This document shows, piece by piece, positions 1-13,670 of a DNA stretch of 64,000 nucleotides. A program made the translations under genes and the position numbers. Numbering within the stretch: position 1 is the first letter of the stretch; each line of letters starts with the position of its first letter. The stretch is from Octopus sinensis (taxonomy: Eukaryota). Under the pieces are notes generated by a model. It was not told the DNA's origin. It searched no databases and worked only from the letters and a program-made list of their open reading frames with translations. The stretch spans positions 19,096,001-19,160,000 of the forward strand of contig NC_043002.1 of the NCBI RefSeq assembly GCF_006345805.1, read 5' to 3'.

Positions 1-605
1 GGTTCATAACGCTGCTGAACGCAGATTTCAAATTTTGGCCGAGATGTTTTGCAAGGAAGTTGGCGCTTGTCGTCGAGGAACTGATTCATGATACTCAAAA
101 CATGCGCAGTTCCAAGCAAATCTATCCACGATAACGTCTATCTCATGCGATACATCATAGACAGAGTGGGTAAAGAAGCTAGCATGGGTGGGCCCAGATC
201 AATTTGGATCAGTTCAAATCCTTCGATAGGTCGACCACCAATACTTGGCGGCTGTTCTTACGGCGGCCGGTTTGGGCCCCGTTTTCTGTGACTGGATTAT
301 CTCAGTGTACAGCAACATCTGCTCGGTAGTTCGGGTGAATGGTTACTTGTTGGAACCATTGAGCATCATGCATTCAGGGGGTCAAGGGTATCTGCTTTCG
401 TCTCCTCTGTGTGTGCTGGCTCTAGAACCGCTACTGTGGAAACTGGAGGCATTGAGAGGCATTCCATGCGAACTAGGATGTTGGAGAATCGTGTCGGCAT
501 ACATAACGATGTCACTGTCATAGTATCGAACATCACGTACAAATCCCTGGTCGGCACTGCTCTGAAAAATACGAGGTAGTGACAGCAGCAAAAGTTAACC
601 AAAAA
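1..605 (+). mobile_element. Degenerate L1/Tx1-clade LINE reverse transcriptase fragment
   Basis: Frameshifted RT motifs: ITLLNADFKILA, SIHDNV, FDRVD, VRVNG, QG..LSSPL..LALEPL. Confidence 0.8.
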
Positions 606-1474
606 ATGTTAGGGGTAGAGCGACGAAACGGTTTTGTACATCCCATCCAGTGCCTAAGTATTGTTGGCTTGTGAGTTTATGTCGAACACCTGCTGTCGCG
701 AATTTGGAATATTATGAACTGTATCAACCAATTGTAGCGTCTAAAGCCATTGAATATTGCACACATAGAAGCATATGATGCATTTTAGTTGTTACCCTTC
801 GTGTTATTTTAGCTAATATTTAAACTTTGTACGCAGATTAACATTAAGTTATTGTGTATCTCGAAACAGGCTGTGCTATAAAAATTAACGTAAGAATTTC
901 CATAGCTGGATTTTATTTAAACATATTAAAATTTCTAATCGACAAAAATACGAGTTGAAATACTCACTTTAAAAGTTTAAAAAATAGCTTTAAAATGACT
1001 TGGTATAGGATTTCCAACGAATAAAGTCATAACATGCAACTAAAGTTTTGCTCAATTCTTGCAGTTTGTTTTTCAAATTCTTACTAATTTGGAATAAGTG
1101 CTGGTTAAAATTTAATTACGAAATACTTGAATATTTTGCTATTCTTTCTGTTTTCGTTCCCTGATGCCATTGTTAATTCAATAAAAGATCTAATGTCTGA
1201 GAACCAATTGTTTATAGTTCAATATTTGGTCTGTGAATTCTGATGGATTTGCATTGAGTTCCCTCACATTTCTTTTTCTTCTACCTCTCTCCTTTGTATT
1301 TTAAGTATATTATTATTTTATACTCTTTTCCCATTACGCTCACCACTGGGTATAGAAATATAGGGGTTGATATTTATTATATTTATTAGATAATTTGGCT
1401 TGTCTTATAAATCAATAACTGCAAAAATATTGAAAATATACCCAGAAATTGCATAACAATTATGAAACTGTGCC

Positions 1475-1580
1475 AACAGCTGGTGTCTGCAAGTACAACT
1501 TTCTTCAGTCTTATTAAATTCTTACTTATATCAGACAGTTTTTTTTTTCTGAACATAAGGGTCATCTTTATGCTCATAAG
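1475..1580 (+). other. Gene A putative non-coding exon 1 (5' UTR); true 5' start unknown
   Basis: Ends in ATAAG|gtaagt (donor at 1581). Collinear with 61878-61976 (-), sharing AACAGCTGGTGT, TTACTTATATCA, GTCATCTT and ATAAG|gtaagt. The coding exon starts ATG directly after an acceptor, so an upstream non-coding exon is required. Confidence 0.7.
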
Positions 1581-2009
1581 GTAAGTAAATGTTTGGAAAG
1601 TTATATTTAATGATTTAAAAGAATTGTATATTTATCTTAACGTTACGGATAGCTATGATACTGTTTTAGTTTTTCTTCTTCTTGGATTCTAATTTCATTT
1701 AGAATATGATATTTAGACGTTGCATATTTATATCTAAGAATGAATATAACCGCTAAAAAACGAACCGGTGTGTTTAAGAACATAATGAGCTGACATTATT
1801 TTTCTTAAATGTTATGATAACATTTTCAATAAATTTAACGAAGGAAACAGTGTACTCGCAGACTTGATAAATATAATATAAAACATAATCGAAAATGATA
1901 AACCAACGCTTTAAAGATAAACTGACGTTTTGATCTCTCACTCTCTACAATATACTCTTACTCTCTACAGTACATTCGGTAGGATATTTCAGTGTGCCCC
2001 CTTTCAAAG

Positions 2010-2790
2010 TAAGTTAATCCTTCCAAACCAAACAACTATCATCCCATTGCTTTCACTTCCAACGTCTTCAAAATAATGGAGACAACTATTAATAATGACG
2101 TTCTCCATAACTTTGAATCTCTCGCTCCTCATCGACTACTTGCACGGTGTCCACAGAACCAGATCCACTGGAAACCTATTCTCTTATGTCACCCAAAATC
2201 TTTGAAGAATTTTGGCAAAAGCAATGTTGTTGCTATAGACACCAGCATAGCCTTCGACCGTCTCTGGTATGCCAATCTCCTATCAAAACTTCCCGCATAT
2301 CTTCGTTCGGTATCTTTATATCATATCGCAGTATTGTGGCGTGTGTGCTAACAGAATTTCGAACCCATTCTGAATCAATTCTGTTGTTCCCCATGGTTCA
2401 ATTATGTTCCTATACTCTTCCTTCTATACATTAATGATATACTAACCGCCACATCTAACACTATTATGCAGATGACAAGACCATTCACCACTTCCTAATT
2501 TTCTCTGACCATTCTCCGTTCACATGCAGCTTACACACAGGTCGAACCTGCATTAATTCCACACGGAGAGTCTCTGAGAACATCCTGCAGCGAAGCCATG
2601 CCAGCCTTGTCTCTTTTAACAGCCACAAAAATCAAATACTAGTCACATCAAGGATACACCACCGCACTACATCTCTTCTAAACATGTTTGGAACTCAACT
2701 AGAGCTTTCATAATCGCTCCAAATGCTGGGCTTCACCTAGCGAAAGCACATCCTTAACGTAACTAGGACCTTATTCTAAAAAACTGACCC
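2010..2790 (+). mobile_element. Degenerate CR1/L2/Jockey-group LINE RT fragment
   Basis: NYHPIAFTSNVFKIMETTIN, VAIDTSIAFDRLWYANLLSKL, LLYIND and YADD remnants. Confidence 0.75.
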
Positions 2791-2802
2791 ATCTCTCTAG
2801 AG

Positions 2803-4000
2803 CAGTGCTTCCCAAATTTTTGCGGGCTACCGCCCCTATGGCTCCCAGATTACATTCCTAGCGCCCCACCCCATCACCATAAACATAGATCCCTTTCTTT
2901 TGCAAATTCGAAATAACTATATTTCACATATAAAACTTAATCTAGTTAACCCATTATTTTATTGTTTTACAATATGAAAGAGAAAATTTAAATCTCACCT
3001 GTAACTATGTTGTTTTATATGTTTACTGCAATGGTTGTACTTTGTGCAGGGGTATCGGCTTCCCAACATCAGGCTGAAAGACATTAAGAAATAGCCTTAG
3101 ATTCAATCTGGTTTTACCTTGCTTAGAAAGAAGCTGGGCTCGCTCAACTGAATATGACATTAGGAAGGCAATAAAGTATATTTTGACTTTGTTCCACAGT
3201 GCAGGGCAGCAATCAGAAATGTTCTTTTCAGTAAAAAAATTCCGATATAACTTTTAAACTTTGGCCTCAGTTCAATGTCATTTTAAAGTGAAACTAGTTC
3301 CTCCTCCACTAGTCTTGTTTCCTCAAAACTGATATCTAGGAATCACCCAGACTAGTATTTTAAGCAAAAATAAATATCCTGAAGTTTGTCAAATATGACA
3401 GGTATGAACAATATACTTGCATATCATCTTTTGGTATACACTTTTCCTTCTTCAGTTCGGAGGGGCACTGAAACTGGAAGAACTCGAGACGGCTTACGTT
3501 ACATTTGAATGACTTTAACTCGGACAGAAACGTGGAGAAGGCTGATTTTACATTGATAAGGTTTAACCTCATTTCCTAGCTGTTGCTAATTAATTTCAGC
3601 TGCTGCAAATTCATTTGAGCTTTGTGAGCCCTGCTTGATGGTTTTTTGTTCATCACAAAGAACATAATTAGAGACTTGCAAGAATTCAACAGCTGTTTTA
3701 ATAAAAGAATAGAAACTTTCAGGTAGTTTCCCATTACCATCCATCGAACTTCCGTGAGCAACAACAATAGTTCAAAATCTTTATCATTCTCAATGCAGAG
3801 CTGTTGAAACAGTGAGGAAGTGATAGCTTGTGCGTTGACTTTGGTGTTCCATCTACGGCTCAAAAACGAAATATTGACTATTTTTTGATATCTGCTTCTA
3901 GTTATCATACAGATAATAACTCTTGAGCTAAACGTTAATCTACGACGAAGCAAACATAAGCCAGTTTTGCGTCGCTATGGGTAGAGCAACGGATTCCAGT
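2803..4000 (-). mobile_element. hAT (Charlie/Buster-type) DNA transposon remnant
   Basis: Terminus CAGTGCTTCCCAAA preceded by CTCTAGAG (NTCTAGAN-type target site); minus-strand LLLLTEVRWMVMGN resembles the Buster LLLHTEVRWLSRG motif; multiple stops. Confidence 0.75.
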
Positions 4001-4257
4001 AATTTGAAAATTAGTGTCGACCAAACAGAAAATATCGTCTATAAAGAAGTTTTGTAATCATATCGATATTATTGCAAGGAATATGATTCATAATTTAAAT
4101 TAGGAAACTTGTGAACTTTGAATGTATAAGAGTATAAACAACATTTTTTTCTTAATACTTTTTATGTAGTGATCGCAGGAAGTTCTGGCTTTCGTAAACA
4201 AATCGGAAAGGCTTTGTAAGTTACGAGAGAAAGAGACTATGGAAGACTCATAGTATA

Positions 4258-4580
4258 ATAATATATCATCATAATATACATTCTCCGACTGAAGCGACAA
4301 TTTTTAAATATAAACTAATGACCGAAAAATGATGAGCTAACCCTAGACAGAATCTAACCCATAGTAATATATGTAATATTAGACAGTTTAAGCATATATT
4401 CATTAAATTCGGCTGAAACAGATGGGTGAGCGTTTGGCCCAATCGCATGCGCAAGGAGCCGTGTTAGCATTGATTCGTGGGTTCGATTCTGGTTGCATCT
4501 AGCTCATCATTTTCAGGTCATTTGTTTGTATTTAAAAGTTATCGCTTCAAATCGGAGAATATGTATAACGATATATTATT
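4258..4580. repeat. Imperfect inverted repeat (~80-bp arms, ~160-bp spacer), MITE-like
   Basis: ttctccgactgaagcgacaa...gatgagcta versus tagctcatc...atcgcttcaaatcggagaa. Confidence 0.6.
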
Positions 4581-4596
4581 ATTATTATTATTATCA

Positions 4597-5066
4597 TTCA
4601 GTAGTATATTTTTTATATCGTGCTTTCAGTTCACTACCGAGCGCAGCTCTGTGTGCTTTGGGTATGTGCTGTGATTTGTTGTGAAGCTCTGATGGTTATT
4701 GTATGGAAAGTGTTTTGCGTAGGATGTGTGCAGTGCCTAGTAGTGCAATTTTCTGTATGTTATATGTGTTTGTAAGTCCTGGTGTTTTTGTTATGTATTT
4801 GTCAGAATATTTTTTTATCATGCCTAATGCACCTATTATGATAGGAATTGTTTCTGTTTTCAGGTTCCACATTCTGGTTACCTCTATTTCCAGGTCTTTG
4901 TATTTTGAGAGTTTCTCCATTTCTTTTAGAGACACGTTGTCATCCGCTGGTATTGATACATCAATTAGAAAACATTTTTTTCTTCATGATCTCTGACAAC
5001 TATATCTGGTCTGTTGGCCTTAATTTCACTATCTGTGTGTATTGGCATATCCCAGAGTATGGTTGC

Positions 5067-5068
<2 letters not shown>
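4597..5068 (-). mobile_element. 5'-truncated Dong/R4-clade LINE 3' end, near-identical to the 13666-15380 copy
   Basis: KATILWDMPIHTD..IKANRPDIVVRD, EKLSKYKDL restriction-like endonuclease; (TTA)n on both sides. Confidence 0.9.
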
Positions 5069-5129
<61 letters not shown>

Positions 5130-5695
5130 GAATGACAGAACAGGGCATGCTGTCAAAGTGACACTGGGGTAAAATATACGAAGCCCAGTATACCCATCAT
5201 GACTACCCGCCTGATAAGGGTACACTAGGCACATACATCATAACCATATGTGCGCGACATGGTGATCTCATATCAAGATAAACAGCACATGACCTTGTAG
5301 GTGAGGCCCAGTTAGAATTTTCTTCTGGTCGAGTAACCCATCCCGCTTAAAGGGTCACTGAATAAGGGTTGTTTAAATATGTTGAATAAGGGTTGTTTAA
5401 ACACCCATGTTTCCAGAGGTGAATTATTCAAACCCCAAAGAATCCCTCTCAACACATGGCTATGATGCTCCCCCACTACTTCTGCTCGTGATCAGAGATG
5501 AAAATATCATCAGCCACTAAGGGACATGCTCAACTGGTTAAGGTCAAACAACTGACAAGCAAATCTGTGGTATTGAGCAGATTATTTGCTGTAGCCATCT
5601 ATTATAACTAGGACAAAACAATGTACATGATAACACTTCCAATCAGTTAAGATCAGAAGCCATGAGAGCCATGCCTGGTACTGCATCAGGGCATT
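5130..5695. mobile_element. ~560-bp non-coding interspersed repeat between (TTA)n tracts; other copies at 7686-8183 (inverted) and 12750-13268
   Basis: Shared blocks gtcaaagtgacactggggtaaaatata...tacccatcatgactacccg...ctgcatcagggc in three copies. Confidence 0.8.
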
Positions 5696-5704
5696 TATAA
5701 TTAC

Positions 5705-5764
<60 letters not shown>

Positions 5765-5804
5765 GTTTTTTCCTTCTTTCTTCAAATTTTCTTCCGTTTC
5801 TCCC

Positions 5805-6165
5805 GAAATGCTTAGCCGTATTTCGTTTGCCGTTTCGTTATGAGTTCAATTCCACCGAGGTCGACTTTGCCTTTCATCCTTTCGGAGTCGATAAATTAAG
5901 TACCAGCTACGCACTGGGGTCGATGTAATCGACTTAATCCGTTTGTCTGACCTTGTTTGTCCCCTCTGTGTTTATCCCCTTGTGGGTAGTAAAGAAATAG
6001 GTATTTCGCCCCTCGCTACGTTCTGAGTTCAAATTCCGCCGAGGTCGTCTATACCTTTCATCTCATCGGGATCGATAAAATAAGTACCAGTTGAGCACTG
6101 ATGTCGATGTAATTGACTCATCTCCCTCCCCCAAAATTACTGCCCTTGTGACAAAATTTGAAACT
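5805..6165 (+). mobile_element. tRNA-derived SINE family 1, two tandem body units
   Basis: gttctgagttcaaattccgccgaggtcgactttgcctttcatcctttcggggtcgataaa..agtaccag body. Confidence 0.85.
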
Positions 6166-6174
6166 ATTTGCATG

Positions 6175-6935
6175 TTTGTTACAACCACTTGCTGAGACAC
6201 ACCCAACGTCCTAGGGCGAGTGAAGGATAAGAGATGTTACAGTATGACTGAAAGCTTGGGGAGAGGAAGTGGCAGGAGCAGTAGCGAAATATCTTCATGT
6301 AATATAACATAGACATTTATATTGATAGGGTTTTTCTAAGGATGTGGGCAGTACTTGTCAGCACAATCTTTTGGATTTCTCTGAGACATGGTTTTACTGG
6401 GATATTATCTATATGTTTCTAACATCCCTTCCTTATCATACCTAGGGAACCCACAATAACAGGAACAGTTCTTGCTTTAAGATGCCATATCGTTTTGTAT
6501 TTCAATTTCCAGGTCCTTATATTTACTTAATTAATCAAATTCCTTTACAGATATATTTTTATCAGCGGGAACACTTACAACTATTAGTCTACAAGTATTT
6601 TCTTCCCTGTCGTTAATCACTATGTCTGGTCGATTAGCCTGGATTGTTCTTTCGGTGTTGACTGCAAATCACAGACAATAGTGACATTTTTCCCTTCAAC
6701 GACTGGCTCAGAATGATGTTCAGACCAGTAAGCAGGAGTGCTGATTTTGTAGTGTTCAAATGTAGATACTATCCTACCCTATCATGGCGATATTTGTATT
6801 CGTTTGGTGTCAGCACAGAACTTTCCGAGATGAGATGGTCTATTGTTTTATCAAATGTGTCGCAGAATCTGCATTTAGGCCCAGAACCGCTTTAAAGAAC
6901 GTTTGCTTGGTAATTTTTTGTAAGCAAGCTTTGAT
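6175..6935 (-). mobile_element. Diverged Dong/R4-clade LINE 3' fragment
   Basis: Minus-strand remnants CRFCDTFDKTIDHLIS, RHDRVG, IQANRPDIVI. Confidence 0.7.
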
Positions 6936-7149
6936 CTTGTGCCGCTAATAGGAAACGTTCAGTCTTTGCTTTCAGTTCTGAGCTTCTCAGCCACTGATGG
7001 CTTTTTGCTTGTTCTACATCAGCATTTTGGCTTCAAAGTATATACCGTTCATGCAGAGGCTTTTGGCTATGACAGTAAGTCCACTGGAATGCTTGTAAAG
7101 ACTACAAAATTAAGTCCCATGATAAGTGATGCAGGCACCATCCAGAGGA

Positions 7150-7670
7150 TGTAGTAAATGGCGAGAGTGTCACCATCCTTCGAAACTTTCCAATATATAC
7201 AGACAGAAAAATTGATTCCAATCGACCAGACATTGTGATCAAGGACTACAACAGAGGAACTTGTCTGTTAATAGATATGTCTGTCTCACAAGATCAAAAT
7301 GTCTCAAGAAAGGAATACGAAAAGCATTCTCACTATAAAGATCTGCAAATTGAAATCACAAAAATGTGGAAGCTTAGTACTACGATAATACCAGTAGTAA
7401 TTGGTGCGTTGGGAATGATAAAGAAGGGATCTGAGAAATATATTAAACAACTCCCTGGTAACTTCAATCTCCGTGAACTACAAACGATAACCTTGATGGA
7501 TACAGCCCATCCATATACTACAGAAAGCACTCTCCATCTAAAAATGGAATAAATGCGGTAATAATTTTAGCATGCACAGCAAAACAAAAGTGTCCTTGTT
7601 ACTCTTGAATTACGGAGGATGCCCAGTACTAATGCAGCTGAAATAAAGTTATAATAAAAGGAAACCAAAA
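7150..7670 (+). mobile_element. Diverged Dong/R4-clade LINE 3' fragment
   Basis: DSNRPDIVIKD...LLIDMSV...HYKDLQIEITKMW...PVVIGALG. Confidence 0.8.
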
Positions 7671-7685
7671 CTGATTATAATAATA

Positions 7686-8183
7686 ATGCCCTGATGCAGT
7701 ACCAGGCACTGGATTCCATGGCTTCTCATTTTAACTGATTGGAAGTTATTCTGCTCAATACCACAGATTTACTTGTCAGTTGTTTGACCTTAACCAGTTG
7801 AGCATATCCCTTAGTGGCTGACGATATGTGCATCTCTAATCACGAGCAGAGGTAGTGCGGGAGCATCATAACCATGTGTTGAGAGGAATTCATCGGGGTT
7901 TGGATAATTCAGCTCTAGAAACATGGGTGTTTCTTTCAACATCCTTAAACAACCCTTATCGAGGGACCTTTTGAGCGAGATCGGCTACTTGACCTGAAGA
8001 AGTGGGCCCCACCTGCAAGGTCATGGTGCTGTTTACCTTGATATGAGATCACCATGTCGCGCACATACGGTTGTGTTGTATGTGCCTGGTGTGCCCTTAT
8101 CGGGTAGTCATAATGGGTATACTGGTCTTCCTATATATTTTACCCCAGTGTCACTTTGATGGCATGCACTACTCTCTCACTCA
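7686..8183. mobile_element. Inverted copy of the ~560-bp TAA-associated repeat
   Basis: Reverse complement of 5130-5695. Confidence 0.75.
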
Positions 8184-8190
8184 ACAATAA

Positions 8191-8211
8191 TCTCTCTATA
8201 TAAAACTGAGA

Positions 8212-8246
<35 letters not shown>

Positions 8247-9920
8247 GTGTGTGTGTCTGTCTGTCTGTCTGTGTGTTTCCCTAAAACTTGAGAACTACAC
8301 AACCAATTTCATTCAAATTTTATACATGCCTTACATAGGGTCCGGGGAGTGTCATCGGCAAAATTTTTTAAAAACTTTTTGCCTAGGGCGAGCCCACAGC
8401 AATATCATATCTTCTCCACTACGATTCCCTAAAACTTGAGAACTACACAACCAATTTCATTCAAATTTTACACATGCCTTACTTAGGGTCCATGTAGTTT
8501 CATAGCAATATCATATCTTCTCCACTATTTCAGTATTACGTGTTAAAAGTGAAACAAAAACATTTCTCTATTTTATGTCAGATACTTTCACTTTAACAAT
8601 AAAAATAATAACAATTGAATTATATGTAGTAAGTAATAATTAAAATCAAACTAAAGTATAATATAATCGTAACATAACAAAAGTAAAAATAGCAATTGGT
8701 ATAAAATTGCATCAATGACTTGAACTTGAATAAGTGGTTTTACATGAATGGGAAGAAATTAAAAATAAAATTAGCGTGCAGAAATGGAATAGTCCAGATG
8801 GAGCTGTACTTTTGCATTAGATTATCTGCTAATTAGCTAGCATTAAGTATCTATATGAAGTTTGGCTGTATGTAATATCTGTTTTCTCGAACAGCCACTC
8901 CTACAGAGTACTGCTGTTGGTTTATTTTTTATACATAAAGGACTAAAGCTTCAACTGCTTACTGCTTTCTGATTCATCGTAAGGTTTGTTGTAATTATTA
9001 TTACTGTTTAACTATTGTTATCACGTTTGTTGGTTCCTCGCAATGGAAACATTGTTGTGTTGCATTTGTTAAATAATTGTAAACTGTAACCCCCCCCCCC
9101 CCTTTGGGAGAAGGAGCTTTGGTTATTGTTTAAAAATTGAATTGTGTCCCTGTTTGGGGAAATTGACAATATTTTCACGGAAGTATTTACACGGAAGTAT
9201 TTTTGTTAGAATGCCTTCGATAGAAGAAAGTCCAAAAATGAATTTCGCTGCAGCCGTCGGCGGGCGCGAACTCATTGAAATTAAAATGGAAGAAATAGGG
9301 ATTGATCACCGACAAAGACGGTGAATCTAGGATAACACCACCAAACGAAATAAAAAATTAAATTAAAGAAAAGACTATTGTCTATAAAGTATACAATATA
9401 GAGAAAAAAAAGATTTGAACACCTGGAAGAAAGCACCATCGAAAAGTGTCTTGGTGCGACAATGAAAGATATCTAACCAGAGGCGGTAAATTCGCCACAA
9501 TAGAAGCAAGGTTCGAGTCAACGGAGCGTACAAGGGAGTACTCGACTCGAACCTTGCAAAGTGGAAATATTTTATTTTTACCTTTATATCTGGGACGTAG
9601 GATGTCCCGAATAAAAAATAAAAATCCCCCCCCCCAGAAGTAGAGGTAGGCTAAATTGTAGCCACACTTCTATACAAGAGGGAGGACAAGATACAATTGA
9701 TCGAAATTGCAAGAGACGAGCCTACAATTCCAGTCTGTTATATATTTTGAGTATTGTTATTACTAGCGATATCAAGATATAACTTTGTATTTTGTATTTT
9801 ATGTGTAGATGTATATATATAGATGTACATGTAATATGTGCACATATATGTACACATATATATACACATATATACATGCACTAGCACTATGACCCGGCAA
9901 CGACGGATCATAATGCTTGT
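8191..9920 (+). mobile_element. Non-autonomous Helitron-like element
   Basis: 5' A^TCTCTCTATATAAAA followed by a GT/GTCT microsatellite; internal tandem duplication at ~8276-8530; 3' hairpin actagcactatgacccg-gcaacga-cggatcataatgcttgt ending in a CTAG-like CTTG^T. Confidence 0.55.
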
Positions 9921-11363
9921 AAGAATAATAATAGTTCTTCGTAACAGAAGTACAAGGCCCATTACATTGATCCCAATGCTCAAATGCAACTTATTTTGCT
10001 GTCCTAGAAAGGATGAAAGCCAAAGTCGACCTCAGCAGAATTTGAGCTCATAAGGTAAAGCCAGACGAAATGCCGCCAATCATTTGTCCGGCGTGCCAAT
10101 AATTACGGAAGGTGACCTGCGTATGGTGGCCAACACAGAGGAATTATAGATTCATCCATACAGTGTCGCTCAAATAATGTAATCCATATGGAGCATAATG
10201 TAAGAGGAAAAGATTGCCCATAAATGGAGAGTAATTCAATGAAAAAAAGAAGATCAAGTACTATAATCCGAGAAGAGTAATCCATAGAAATTAAGTCATA
10301 AAGAGGAGTTCCTAAAGAAAATCCATAAAGTTAATCTTTAAAGACAATAATTCATGAGGTGTATGCAGAACAGTGAGAATCCAAACGAAAGTGTATCTAT
10401 ATTAGAAACAGAGGCAATATTAATATCGAGAGGTGATAATTTTCCCCGCTTAAACGTAGATGTTCTGATAAAACAAACTTTACAGCAGTAGATACCATGA
10501 GATAACTTTCATATTGGCTTTTGGTGCAAAATACACTCTTGCATATATAGCTAGCTGGGAGATAAATCCCCCTCACCTTCCAGCGCCGTGACCACCAAAT
10601 TACCTGATTTCGACCTTCCTTGGTCTTGTCAAGGATGGACGCGTGACCGCAAGAGACAGCTGCGACTCACCTTTCCAGCAGCGATATGTAGAGAAACAGT
10701 TCCAGAACAGGACCTATAGTCGTGATTAGCCAGTGAGTTTATTAATATATATATATATTAGCAACAGAGGCAATATTAATACCAAGAGGTAATGTATTTA
10801 TTTGTTCTCAATACTTTTCTGGAAGATTCGGTTGTGAATATTTGATGTCGTCGGCGAACATCTTTCTTTAGATTATGTATGTTCACCTTATTGTGTGTCT
10901 CCAAGTCCTTCTGCAACGAATAATTGTTTGTTATGATGCAAATCGTTGAAAGACAGGGTTACCATACGTCCTGGTTTATTAGCGTTGTACTGGCATCTCG
11001 GCCGGTTTGAAATTATGTCCCGTTTTTACGGAAATCTGGAAAACTTTTGACATGATTTTTATCCTGATTTATCAGAAAATGTGGCATTGATAGTAATTAG
11101 TCGTTTGAGCGCATTTTCAAACATGCATTTGGAACTAAAACCTTCTACTTTCTACACATACATAAATCATAATATTCAGAATTGTTTCTTCCATAAAAAA
11201 AAAAACGAAAAAAAGAAATCCAGATGAGTATTGAAAACAATTCAGAATGCTTCTAGAAAACCAGTTAGCAACAGGAAATTTCCATGGGCTGAGAGAAACA
11301 ATGGAATTCTCTGAACATTGATTCAATCACACATTAATAACTGATAATATTAGGCTCTATATG

Positions 11364-12678
11364 AGGCGACAAGCTGGCAGAATTGTTAGCACGTCAGGCA
11401 AAATTATTAGCGGCATCTCGACTGTCTCTACGACCTGAATTCAAATTACGTTGACTTTGTCTTTCATCCCTTTCAAGGTCGATAAAATAAGTACCAGTTG
11501 AACACTGGGATCGATGTAATCAACTGATACTCCTCCCCCAAGTTTGCTGGCCATGTACCAAAATATGAAATCAATATTAGGCCTTGTATAAGACACGCTT
11601 TATATAAGATAGAGACACTGCCGAGCTTGGACGATTCAAGTGGTCCCATTACACGACGAGCCAATACAACCAGCCACTGACAATTGACAGAGACATTTCT
11701 CATACTCAATTTTTATCTTTTAAATTTTACTCTGTCAACAAAATTACAGAACACTGCTGGATAACTACTGAATTTCTGACAACTATATTAAATTATTTAT
11801 GTAATTAAAAATTTATGGAAACATAATTTATGGAAACATAAATAATAAATATTTCACTAACCTGCTCAAAGTTTTCTGAAAAAATTAGAAGTAACAATGT
11901 ATTTCTTAAAAGCAAACAGTGGAAATGAAAATATGAAGGTTCTGATGATTGAATAAATAGCATTTGACAATTATAACATGCGTTTAATTTATTTTTAATG
12001 TTAAGTTCTATTTGGAAATATTTTACATGAAAGTAAGGCGACGAGCTGGTAGGATTGCCAGCCCGTCGGGCAAGATGCTTAGCGGTATTTCGTCCGTCTT
12101 TACGTTCTGAGTTCAAATTTCGTCACGGTCGACTTTGCCTTTCATCCTTTCGGGGTCGCTGAAATAAGTACCAATTGAGCACTGGCGTCGATGTAATCGA
12201 CTCATCCCCCACCTCCCCCAAGCTACCCTTGTGGAAAATATTTGAAATAATAATAATAATAAGGCGCCGAGCTCGCAGAATAGTTAGTACAACGGGCTTA
12301 ATGTTTAGCGGTATTTCATCTGTGGTTACGTTCTGAGTTCAAATTCCGCCGAGGTCGACTTTGCCTTTCATCCTTTCGGGGTCGATTAAATTAGTACCAG
12401 TTACGCACTGGGGGTCGATGTTATCGATTAGTCCCCTTCTCCAAATTTTCGGGTTTTGTGTCTGTAGTAGAAAGGATTATTATTATCATTATTAAGGCGG
12501 TGAGCTGACAGAACCGTTAGCACGCCGGGCAAAATGCTAAGTAGCATTTCATCCGTCTTTACGTTCTGAGTTCAAATCTCGCCGAGGTGGACTTTGCTTT
12601 TCATCCTTTTGGATTCGATAAATTAAGTACCAGTGAAATTCTGGGGTCGTTGTAATCGACTAGTCCCGAGTAGAAAAG

Positions 12679-12680
<2 letters not shown>
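11364..12680 (+). mobile_element. Cluster of family-1 SINE copies (11364-11575, 12036-12248, 12262-12476, 12495-12680)
   Basis: ggcg(a/g)cgagctggcagaa head with tRNA box-like motifs, plus the conserved body. Confidence 0.85.
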
Positions 12681-12737
<57 letters not shown>

Positions 12738-12749
12738 CATTATTATTAT

Positions 12750-13267
12750 TGAGAGAGCAGTGCATGCCATCAAAGCGACACTAGGGTAAAATATAGGAAG
12801 CTCAGCATACCCATCATGACTACCCGTCCGATAAGGGTACACCAGGCACACGCAACACAATCGTATGCGCGCGATATAGTGATTTCATATCATGATAAAC
12901 AGTACATGACCTTTCAGATGGGATCCAGTTAGAAATTTCTTCAGGTCGAGTAGCCCAACCTGCTCAAAAGGTCCCTGAATAAGGGTTTTTTAAGGATGTT
13001 GAAAGAAACACCCATGTTTCCAGAGGTGAATTATCCAACCCACCAATGAATTCCTCTTGACACATGGCTATGATGCTCCACCACTACTTCTGCTCGTGAT
13101 CAGAGATGCACATATCAGCCACCAAGAGACATGCCCAAGTCTGTGGTATTGAGCAGAATATTTGCTGTAGCCCATCTTTTATACCAAGACAAAACAATGT
13201 AATGATAACACTTCCAATCAGTTAAGATGAGAAGCCGTGAGATCCAATGCCTAGCACTACATCAGGG

Positions 13268-13268
<1 letters not shown>
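12750..13268. mobile_element. Third copy of the ~560-bp TAA-associated repeat
   Basis: Similar to 5130-5695; (TTA)n on both sides. Confidence 0.8.
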
Positions 13269-13336
<68 letters not shown>

Positions 13337-13606
13337 TATGTTTGACTTTTGCTTTATGTCTGTACAAGTTGGCTCCAAGTCTCACCCAGAGACCTCAAGA
13401 GACAACAGGTTGGAAGTTCACGTTGTTGTTATGCCTAGTGTGCCATATATTTGGGGTTTTTTTGGTGTTGTACTAGTGAATGTCTAATACATAAAAAAAA
13501 GCTTGTTTTAAACCTTGGGATTACATAGAGAGTATTTTGCGTAGGATATGAGCAGTTCCCATGAGCACTATCTTTTAAATTTCTGCCATTTTGGGGTTTC
13601 CTGGTA

Positions 13607-13665
<59 letters not shown>

Positions 13666-13670
<5 letters not shown>

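Noticed and set aside
1406-1411. TATAAA as the gene A promoter
   Set aside because: Common by chance in AT-rich DNA and not evidently conserved upstream of gene B.
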